Numbered from the stretch's first letter, positions 16,829-24,119 are shown. The stretch is DNA of 32,000 nucleotides from Opitutales bacterium (GCA_024407725.1 JAKSVZ010000006.1:1-32000), one strand, 5' to 3'. Notes: generated by a model from the sequence alone, not told the origin. Translations and numbers: made by a program.

Positions 16829-17861
16829 CCATTTGGTAACGGCTTTCGCGTCGCAAATCCTTTAAGTAAATTTGAGCTTCTGCTAACGACAAGCGTTCTT
16901 CCTGCTGAATAATACTCAATAACGTGCTTTCAACATCCTTTGCCATTCCCCGAGCATCACCGCAGATATAAAAATACGCCCCCCGACGGAACCAATCCCA
17001 TAGCTCCTTAGCATGTTCCATCATACGGTGTTGAACGTACACCTTATGTTCTTGGTCGCGCGAAAACGCTAAATCCAAACGGGTTAAAATCCCATCCGCC
17101 TGCAACGATTCCAAAAAATCCTTTAAGATAAAATCATTCGCCTGATGCCGGCCGCCAAAGAACAACCAATTGGGACCCGATGCACCGACTGCCTTACGAT
17201 ACTCCAGAAAGGCTTTAAAGGGAGCAATACCGGTTCCTGGACCCACCATAATCACCGGCCGCGAATCATCCTTTGGCAGCCGAAACTTAGAAGCAATGAT
17301 ATGCAAAGGCACTTCATCACCCACCTGAATCCGTTTACACAAAAATCCACTGGAAAGCCCCTCGCAGATACCGCCTTCAACCGTTCGGTAGGTAACCAAG
17401 GTAACCACCAAATCCAAGCTATCAGGAGCTAACTTTTGCGCCGATGCAATGGAATAAGCACGTGGACGCATCGGCAATAAATAACGGCCTAAATTGGTCA
17501 CAATCGACTGCTGTTGATACCAAGCTAAGCATCCCCAAAAATCATCCTTCAATTCGGAGGGCGCCTGTTCCCAAACACTGGCTTTAAAACGCAGCTCATA
17601 ATGCTCCGACAAAGCTTCTTCTAAGCTCCATTGTGCTCCATTAGAGCCTGTAACCTGCTCTTTTCCAGTAGCTTTTAAAACCGATAACGCTCGCTGCACC
17701 CACTTAGGGTCGTTTTTGGCATGCACAAAGACCACATCGCCCGGTTCAAATGTATAGCCCTTGGGGCATGAAAACCGTATGCAATAAATCGGTTTTTCCG
17801 TTGATCCTTGAGACAAAAGGCTACGGTTCAATACGCGCGCTGTAAAAACATTCGATAGCAT
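16815..17861 (-). CDS. CysJ/cytochrome-P450-reductase-like FAD/NADPH oxidoreductase, stand-alone (no flavodoxin domain)
   Basis: 348 aa. Contains RPRAYSIASA (the RxYS FAD motif), MVGPGTGIAPFKAF, YVQHRM, and FYICGDARGMAKDVESTL followed by RYQMDVY. It overlaps the pepP start by 14 nt. Confidence 0.8.
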   Translation of the reverse strand: MLSNVFTARVLNRSLLSQGSTEKPIYCIRFSCPKGYTFEPGDVVFVHAKNDPKWVQRALSVLKATGKEQVTGSNGAQWSLEEALSEHYELRFKASVWEQAPSELKDDFWGCLAWYQQQSIVTNLGRYLLPMRPRAYSIASAQKLAPDSLDLVVTLVTYRTVEGGICEGLSSGFLCKRIQVGDEVPLHIIASKFRLPKDDSRPVIMVGPGTGIAPFKAFLEYRKAVGASGPNWLFFGGRHQANDFILKDFLESLQADGILTRLDLAFSRDQEHKVYVQHRMMEHAKELWDWFRRGAYFYICGDARGMAKDVESTLLSIIQQEERLSLAEAQIYLKDLRRESRYQMDVYG

Positions 17862-17973
17862 AGCCTTTTAATCGTTTACCCTCTAACCTGAAAAGGAAAA
17901 ATTCGATGGTATTTTAACATATCCTCCCTATCGACACCAAGCGAAATTGCATCAAGTAGCGACCGATGCGCTG

Positions 17974-20067
17974 TTACCAAGAACTCAAATTCAAGCCAAA
18001 CAACAGCTGCCACTTATACAATTTATCCCACTTACATTCCGTGCTAAACCACCAAAGATGCGAAATAATCGTTTTCCACATAAACGATTGCGATACAAAA
18101 CCCAATTTCTTGAAGGTAAGAACCGTATTAGCCAACAATTGGTTTCGGGAATTAAGGTAATAGGTTCCGCCAAAGGAACATTGGTGCTCAATACCCCCTG
18201 TATTCCTCAAGTAAATATGACCGATGCGAAATTCCCACAAATCGCTTTCCTTGAACGTTACCCCCGTATTAGCCCATTTTAAGCGCTTATTGCCTAAATC
18301 GAAGTACAAACTTTGATCAAAGGATAAAAAGTCGGCAGGCCGCCATTCAACCTTCGTGCAGGTACCCCCCAAATGATGCTGTTGCTGCCCATTGACCCAA
18401 TTGCGCTTCATCAGTACATCTTGGTAAATATGCGCCGATAACCATTCGCGTTCATTGCCATCCCAGCCAAAGGCATATAAGAAATTCTCCAATCCGAAAC
18501 GCATTAAATGCATATCGTTCATATCATCGATATCCCGCCGGTTCAACAGATCGATTTCGCTCAACGAACACGTATTTTCGCCCCCATCTACCTCACGATC
18601 GATAGCAGGAACAAACGCATGCCCTTGATGCCCATGCGGCATATAGCGGTATTGAATGACCGGCTGAATTAAATGACGGAAGTCGTAAATATTCCAATAC
18701 TTGTTTTTGTAGGCGTAATCCCCATAAGCATGAAAACGCACATCCGCTCCTAATTGCCCTAAATAACGCGTGTAGGTACTCTTATTATCCGGATTGTTTA
18801 AGCCAGCATAAGAAATCATACGCCCACTCGCCAATGGAGTAATCGTGCATGCCTTAGAAACAGACATCGGCAGCGATAAACCATAATACAGATCGCCGCG
18901 TTTAAGGGTACGACGGGTCTTATCGCCCGACCGGCGTTCGCGAACATGCGATACCCCGCCGCCAAATTGATGATGAAGCGGACTATCCCCAATCGGCACC
19001 GGTAAGTACTCAAAACGGGCTTCCGGCAAACGTTCTTGAACGGTATGAAAGCGGTTCAATTGGTGCCGCGTAACCACATTAGCCACAAATTCATCGCCGC
19101 GATAAACCGCTTCGGCAAAATTATCCGCCTGTTGGCGCATTCCATCATTCTCATTGGGACGCACATCGCGAATTACCTCTTTATCGCGCATCCACTCAAC
19201 CTGAGCGCTTATATCCACTCGGTCTTCAACGTGCCCTTGATGCCGCCATTCAAACCAATGACGTTTACTTTTGACATTCGGTTGATTCCGATAGCTTTTG
19301 TCATTCAATCCAGCCGCTCGAACCCCACCGTTTCCATAAGGCGTATCATAACGAAGCAAACCACCCACTAATGGTCCGCGTTTGTGATAATAATCGAGCA
19401 TGATTCCCGGACGAATCCGCCCATAATTCAACACCAAATCATTGCGTATATGCCGGTTGCTGCTCAACACCTCTGCTTCGGTACTCCACGTATAATCCTT
19501 CTGTTCGCTAGACCGATCCTTAAGATGATAGGTAGGTAAATACCACACCGGAATCTTACCAATTTTGACCGTTGCTTTTTTCAAAATCGCATCGTGCGGA
19601 TGCACTTCTACTTCTTTGGCATGAATGTGAACCCCTGCCAAATCCCGTTGCGCTCCACGAACATCGATTTCAACATCTTTTGCATACGCGCAATCCCGAG
19701 TTCCATGCATCGAAGACCCACGCACTCCATGGCCAAATGCAGCCATGCGAAACGAATCCACCGCAAAGGTTTTATCATTCACATAATAGAACCCCGAATT
19801 ACTGGCAATACGCCCTAAGGCATGCGTCAGGCGCACCCTTCCGTCTGCCAATCCCTTAGCGTTTTCCGTTACATAACAAATGCGATCAGCTTGTAAACGT
19901 GCATCATCGCTTAACAATTCTGCATTACCTTCGGCAATCGACGTACGGGTTTTATGGTCATACACAACCGGTTGATCGGACGATAAAGCCAGAGCTGACA
20001 AAATACCAACCGGAGCCATTATCCCTCCGATTAACAATAACAACTTAGGCTGTTGCAATGGAACCAT
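17974..20067 (-). CDS. lptD: LPS-assembly outer-membrane protein LptD (OstA family)
   Basis: 697 aa. It has a signal peptide and an OstA-like N-terminal domain (TSIAEGNAELLSDDARLQADRICYVTENAKGLADGRVRL). The long C-terminal region is beta-rich and aromatic. Confidence 0.7.
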   Translation of the reverse strand: MVPLQQPKLLLLIGGIMAPVGILSALALSSDQPVVYDHKTRTSIAEGNAELLSDDARLQADRICYVTENAKGLADGRVRLTHALGRIASNSGFYYVNDKTFAVDSFRMAAFGHGVRGSSMHGTRDCAYAKDVEIDVRGAQRDLAGVHIHAKEVEVHPHDAILKKATVKIGKIPVWYLPTYHLKDRSSEQKDYTWSTEAEVLSSNRHIRNDLVLNYGRIRPGIMLDYYHKRGPLVGGLLRYDTPYGNGGVRAAGLNDKSYRNQPNVKSKRHWFEWRHQGHVEDRVDISAQVEWMRDKEVIRDVRPNENDGMRQQADNFAEAVYRGDEFVANVVTRHQLNRFHTVQERLPEARFEYLPVPIGDSPLHHQFGGGVSHVRERRSGDKTRRTLKRGDLYYGLSLPMSVSKACTITPLASGRMISYAGLNNPDNKSTYTRYLGQLGADVRFHAYGDYAYKNKYWNIYDFRHLIQPVIQYRYMPHGHQGHAFVPAIDREVDGGENTCSLSEIDLLNRRDIDDMNDMHLMRFGLENFLYAFGWDGNEREWLSAHIYQDVLMKRNWVNGQQQHHLGGTCTKVEWRPADFLSFDQSLYFDLGNKRLKWANTGVTFKESDLWEFRIGHIYLRNTGGIEHQCSFGGTYYLNSRNQLLANTVLTFKKLGFVSQSFMWKTIISHLWWFSTECKWDKLYKWQLLFGLNLSSW

Positions 20068-20089
20068 TTACACCTTAAAAAAACGTAAC

Positions 20090-20124
20090 GATGACCATTT
20101 GCCAAACTTTATTACTCGGTCATC
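20090..20124 (-). terminator. hairpin between the NTT gene and lptD, flanked by an A-run and a T-run (bidirectional-terminator-like)
   Basis: gatgacc (20090-20096) pairs with ggtcatc (20118-20124) across a 21-nt loop. The A7 run at 20077-20083 gives a T-run downstream on the minus strand. tttttt lies 5 nt downstream on the plus strand. The loop is large, so confidence is modest. Confidence 0.35.
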
Positions 20125-20144
20125 CTCCCTTTTTTGTTAACATT

Positions 20145-21650
20145 TTAGGACAATTCTCGATTTCTTTGGATTTGGCGATTCAACCGGAACACCGAAATAA
20201 CCCACACGGTCGCACAGGTCAAAAACACCACAAACGCATAGATCGCAATGCTTTCGTAGGTTGCTTTAACACCCGATAAGGCACTTACCAAGGACAACAG
20301 AATAACCTGCAAGCCCGAACCAAAAGATTTTCCAAAGCGATAACCAAATACATCGGCAATTGCCTTACCCTTTACCTTGAGCTCATCATCCAAGGGGATA
20401 AACGCCATCTCTTTGCTCATATCGAAAAAGGACATTTTAAATCCTTTATCAAGCACCAACGTTATCAATCCAACATACACAATGGTCGTTTGAATCCCTG
20501 CCATCATTCCCACGCTCCCCGATAAGAACTGTTCACCCAAGAACGACAGAAATAAGCAAACTCCTCCCACTAACACAACCATAGGAGTTAGCATAGCCCC
20601 TACTCCCCATTGGAATCGCCGGAATATGTAGCCGGTAATGAGCACCACAACCATCGAAAGTACACCGTATATAAACGTGTACGCGCTCATAAAGGTATTG
20701 TAATCGTTGATGTTGGGATAAATAACCTTAACCGCATGCTTCCAGAAATTCTCCAAGATGTTATCGCAGACGCTGTAACAGAACACCAAGAAAATGAGCA
20801 AGCGAACATAATGCGAACGCACAACCACCTTTAAACTGTTCCAAAGACTACTTTTCTTTTTGTCTTTTACGTGAAATCCGGGCAATTCCGGCTTATTATA
20901 AAAGCGTTTGTCGGTCAAAACATGCCGATAAATCCAATGATAAATACACATCGACAAAACGCTGGTTACCGTCACCGATCCAATCAACCAATAAAGCGTT
21001 ATTTGCCAAGGATCCGCACAGGACACCTTTTCGCGGATATTTGAAGCGATAAAACCAACCCCTCCTGAAATCGTTACCGCTCCCTGCCCCAACAACAACA
21101 AAACCCCATAAATACGCTTTGCTTCCTGCAACTCCGTAATTTGGTTCATAAATTGCCAAAACGAAAGCGACAAAATAAACGTACTCCACAGCTCTGCAAA
21201 GATAAAGAACAGCGCATAAGGCCAAACCCCAATAATCGCAAACGCCAACCCACACGATGGGAATTGCGCTTGAAGCTGAGCAATGCTATCCGCCGATGGA
21301 CACACATAATGCTTGAGGGGGTACAAAACCAATACAAATACGACGAAAAAGCTAACAAACGACCCCAAAGTAGCATAGTATAAATGCTCGTTCTTCAAGC
21401 GATCGCTGATCTTGGTATACGCCAGCATGAATAAAATCGCTGCCGGCGGCACCAAAAATAATTTGATAAAGGCAATTGCTTCCGCCCCCACAGCCGTTAC
21501 CACCAAAGAATCCTTGATGTTTTTGAGGCAATAATGGTTAAAAAGCGAAAAGAATAAAATACAGGCTAAAGGAACGATTTTTTTGAGCTCATAAGCATGT
21601 ACAGGAAAAAAGATTCCCCTAAGCTTTGAAAACTGACCGGTCTCCTCCAC
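20145..21650 (-). CDS. nucleotide transporter, ATP/ADP translocase (NTT/TLC family)
   Basis: 501 aa and polytopic. The N-terminus FSKLRGIFFPVHAYELKKIVPLACILFFSLFNHYCLKNIKDSLVVTAVGAEAIAFIKLFLVPPAAILFMLAY closely parallels the N-terminus of chlamydial and rickettsial Npt/Tlc proteins. Confidence 0.9.
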   Translation of the reverse strand: MEETGQFSKLRGIFFPVHAYELKKIVPLACILFFSLFNHYCLKNIKDSLVVTAVGAEAIAFIKLFLVPPAAILFMLAYTKISDRLKNEHLYYATLGSFVSFFVVFVLVLYPLKHYVCPSADSIAQLQAQFPSCGLAFAIIGVWPYALFFIFAELWSTFILSLSFWQFMNQITELQEAKRIYGVLLLLGQGAVTISGGVGFIASNIREKVSCADPWQITLYWLIGSVTVTSVLSMCIYHWIYRHVLTDKRFYNKPELPGFHVKDKKKSSLWNSLKVVVRSHYVRLLIFLVFCYSVCDNILENFWKHAVKVIYPNINDYNTFMSAYTFIYGVLSMVVVLITGYIFRRFQWGVGAMLTPMVVLVGGVCLFLSFLGEQFLSGSVGMMAGIQTTIVYVGLITLVLDKGFKMSFFDMSKEMAFIPLDDELKVKGKAIADVFGYRFGKSFGSGLQVILLSLVSALSGVKATYESIAIYAFVVFLTCATVWVISVFRLNRQIQRNRELS

Positions 21651-21802
21651 GAGATTTATTATTAAGAACTATATTAAGTAGTAAAAATAATACCTCCGTC
21701 AATATATTTAACAATCGATGCTTCCCTATTGTTGGAGCATGGTTCTCGATAAATATACTACGCGCAACCCGCTTGAATACTTAAGAAAACCACACAAAAA
21801 GC

Positions 21803-21831
21803 TTGCCAAACCGCTTAGATTCGCTTATTAT
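21803..21831 (+). promoter_or_regulatory. promoter-like module P+1 (AAAGC-TTGCCA-17-TATTAT)
   Basis: ttgcca at 21803-21808, a 17-nt spacer, and tattat at 21826-21831. It is preceded by aaagc, forming the 11-mer aaagcttgcca shared with P+2. Confidence 0.35.
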
Positions 21832-21850
21832 AAAATATGTAAGCAGAAAA

Positions 21851-21894
21851 TCATGTTCGTTTCAGAAAATCTTCATATTCGTTTCAGAAAGTTT
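21851..21894 (+). repeat. 22-bp x2 tandem direct repeat
   Basis: tcatgttcgtttcagaaaatct (21851-21872) is followed by tcatattcgtttcagaaagttt (21873-21894). By eye 19 of 22 positions are identical. It starts about 13 nt downstream of the P+1 predicted transcription start. Confidence 0.8.
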
Positions 21895-22152
21895 TATTGA
21901 TTTCTCTCTAGAATCTTACGGTATGCATTGCAACCAAATGAAGAAAATAGACACACTTTATAGGGATTTTGGATCTAATGTTACTCTGTACAAAACGATA
22001 CAACCTAACTAAAATCCACCCCCAAAAATCTAATTGCTATCTTCAAAATGGGATTACATTAATTATAATATACAAATATTTTTGAGTCAAACAAATTTGA
22101 TACCAACGCTTAAACAACACCCTTATATAGCCCAACTTACAAATAATAAAGC

Positions 22153-22180
22153 TTGCCATGGAAACAAATATAGGTATAAT
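22153..22180 (+). promoter_or_regulatory. promoter-like module P+2 (AAAGC-TTGCCA-16-TATAAT)
   Basis: ttgcca at 22153-22158, a 16-nt spacer, and tataat at 22175-22180. It lies antisense within the 22043-22249 minus-strand ORF. Confidence 0.4.
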
Positions 22181-22352
22181 ATTTATGTCTATTACAGGCA
22201 ATTTGTTTAAATATACCTCATCCCAAAAAGACGAAAATAGAAGAACCATCTAATGTAATAAAATCTATACACCCTATAAGGTCTTGCTATCGCGTTTCAA
22301 TAGATAAAACCAAAAACTTTGCCAACCAGATTCAGGATCTTCTTCTAAAAGA

Positions 22353-22381
22353 AATTTAACCCAAAAAGCCTAGGACGTCAA
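22353..22381 (-). promoter_or_regulatory. promoter-like module P-1 (CCAGAATTGGC-TTGACG-17-TAAATT)
   Basis: The minus strand reads ttgacg (22381-22376), a 17-nt spacer, then taaatt (22358-22353). The -35 is embedded in the exact 16-mer gtcaagccaattctgg (22377-22392, plus strand). Confidence 0.4.
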
Positions 22382-22450
22382 GCCAATTCTGGTAGAGAAG
22401 CCGGATTTTACACAAAAATTCTTCTTATATCCATACTACACCTATAAAAT

Positions 22451-22470
22451 GCCCTTTAACCTAAAAGGGC
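22451..22470 (-). terminator. rho-independent-type terminator hairpin (minus strand)
   Basis: gcccttt (22451-22457) pairs with aaagggc (22464-22470) across a 6-nt loop. On the minus strand the hairpin is followed by ATTTTAT. It lies about 340-360 nt downstream of the P-2 predicted start. Confidence 0.5.
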
Positions 22471-22569
22471 AATGCGCGTTAACAACCGTTAAAGCTCTTT
22501 CACTATCGGTACTGCATTTTGCCAGCCCGATCTCTGCCACTCATTCAATCGATTAGCTAAATAAAAAGC

Positions 22570-22597
22570 TTGTCAATTTAAACGGTATATGGATAAT
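22570..22597 (+). promoter_or_regulatory. promoter-like module P+3 (AAAGC-TTGTCA-16-GATAAT)
   Basis: ttgtca at 22570-22575, a 16-nt spacer, and gataat at 22592-22597. It is preceded by aaagc, as in P+1 and P+2. Confidence 0.35.
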
Positions 22598-22814
22598 AAA
22601 AATGTTATTTTGGAAAATTTATTTTTAAATGATAAACAAGCCGTGCAAAGCATTTATCTTAAAAGTCGTTTTCTTCTAGATAATTGAAGTAGATACAAGG
22701 ATAATCTAATAGTACGTGATAGATGCACAATATATGGATTTATCATCTCGCTTCAGATTCCAGTAAGTTGAAAAAGCGCATTTTTCAAATCCTTCAATAA
22801 CAAAGAGCAGGCAT

Positions 22815-22843
22815 AATTAATCAAAAACCCCAGAGGATGTCAA
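22815..22843 (-). promoter_or_regulatory. promoter-like module P-2 (CCAGAATTGGC-TTGACA-17-TTAATT)
   Basis: The minus strand reads ttgaca (22843-22838), a 17-nt spacer, then ttaatt (22820-22815). It is embedded in the second exact copy of gtcaagccaattctgg (22839-22854). Confidence 0.4.
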
Positions 22844-22865
22844 GCCAATTCTGGAGCGATAAGAC

Positions 22866-22886
22866 GGTGTTTTCCTTGTAAACACC
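22866..22886 (-). terminator. hairpin just downstream of the sua5 stop; possible weak terminator
   Basis: ggtgttt (22866-22872) pairs with aaacacc (22880-22886) across a 7-nt loop. The minus-strand tail GTCTTAT is only weakly U-rich. Confidence 0.3.
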
Positions 22887-22907
22887 CAGCCACCATTCAA
22901 CTTTATT

Positions 22908-23899
22908 TCAGCTTAAATCCCGAACAGCAGCACGTGACAAGCGGTCATTAATCGCTTTCCCTATACCGGAATCTGGCGCCTTTTCCATCCAAATAGATTG
23001 CCACTGTTGGTTATCCAAGCGTTGCAAGCAATCAAACAATGAGGCAGCCACTTCCGACAAATCCCTCTTGGGACTCAAAACAAACTCATTGGACGCCAAA
23101 GGACGGCACGGTGGATATAAAAACACATGCGCAGCACCCACTTCAAAAGTCTTTTGGAGCTCAATCGGCGCCTGAAATTGCTCTAAATGGCGCACTAAAT
23201 ACAGCAGGGTTTTCGGGCTATAATGGCGTTTATAAAGTCCTGGAGACAAATGCACTCCATTAACGGGTACGGACGAAAGCGTTTGGATAGGACGCTCCAA
23301 AAACGCCTCCAATGCCTCTTGGGTGATGGGTCCTTGGCGCAACAAAGTAGGTTGTTCTTCCGATACCAAAGAAAGAATGGTTGATTCCAACCCAAAGGAA
23401 CACGGACCTCCATCGAGTATGTAGGCCACTACATCCCCCATTCCTTGCGCAACATGCTGAGCCGATGTAGGGCTAACCTGCTGAAAACGGTTAGCGCTCG
23501 GGGCCACCAAGGGTTCTCCCATTAACTCAATAACTGCTCGAAATAAAGAACCTGATGGGCAACGCACCGCCACTGACGGTTGACCTGCCGTTACGCAAGC
23601 TGGCACACAGGCTTTTTTTTTAACACCAAGGTCAATGGACCGGGCCAAAAATGCTTTACCAAACGCAACACCAAAGGGGTAACCTCAGCCACCAACCGTA
23701 ACTGTTCCACGCCTAATACGTGAACAATCAATGGATTTTCTTGAGGACGCTGCTTGAGCGTATAAATTTTCTTAATCGTATCAACCGCAGATAAAGGGGC
23801 GGCTAACCCATAAACGGTTTCGGTTGGCAATGCTACCGGTTCTCCTTTGGACAACCACGCAGCTGCTTCTTTAGGACTTACCCCAACCTGCGCCCGCAT
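22908..23899 (-). pseudogene. tsaC: threonylcarbamoyl-AMP synthase Sua5/TsaC (long form), split by a frameshift in an A9 tract
   Basis: The N-terminal ORF (23899-23591) reads ...ALPTETVYGLAAPL...KQRPQENPLIVHV...FWPGPLTLVLKKKPVCQLA*. The second frame continues ...KKKACVPACVTAGQPSVAVRCPS...PLVAPSANRFQQVSPTSAQHV...ILDGGPCSFGLESTIL plus a Sua5 C-domain. The frames switch at T9 on the plus strand (23613-23621). A10 would give one product of about 330 aa. Confidence 0.85.
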
Positions 23900-23906
23900 A
23901 AAAGGA

Positions 23907-24119
23907 TTACAGCAACGCTAACATATTACGAGCCCGTTTGATGAGCTTCGTAACATAACGCTGTTCCATAGCGCTTAAACGCGTAATACGACGCGGCAAA
24001 ATTCTACCTGATTCCGTCGTGTATCGCTTGAGCTGTTCCACATCCAACCACGTTAATTCCCATACGTTAACGCGTTCTTTTTTACTTTCAGTATTTTCTT
24101 CTTTACTCACAGTACTCAT
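23907..24119 (-). CDS. rpsR: 30S ribosomal protein S18
   Basis: 70 aa. LKRYTTESGRILPRRITRLSAMEQRYVTKLIKRARNMLALL matches the S18 core (GKIxPRRxTG...QR...AIKRAR..ALL). Confidence 0.75.
   Translation of the reverse strand: MSTVSKEENTESKKERVNVWELTWLDVEQLKRYTTESGRILPRRITRLSAMEQRYVTKLIKRARNMLALL

Larger units (their letters stand above)
21651..22907. other. AT-rich, ORF-poor non-coding island (about 1.26 kb)
   Basis: Only three ORFs of 60-69 aa occur and none is recognisable. My hand counts of the 60-nt lines at 22021 and 22561 give 13/60 and 12/60 G+C. A line within xerD at 13441 gives 31/60. The island contains the repeated promoter-like modules listed separately. Confidence 0.7.

Noticed and set aside
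20610-21383. Four ORFs (74-119 aa) overlapping the NTT translocase gene on both strands
   Set aside because: They are nested in the strongly supported 501-aa transporter frame. They are typical shadow ORFs with no motifs.
21718-22012. Two overlapping plus-strand ORFs (60 and 69 aa) in the AT-rich island
   Set aside because: They overlap each other in different frames. Their composition is the Lys/Ile/Phe/Tyr-rich type expected from AT-rich DNA. I recognise no motifs or ribosome-binding sites. I treat them as non-coding.
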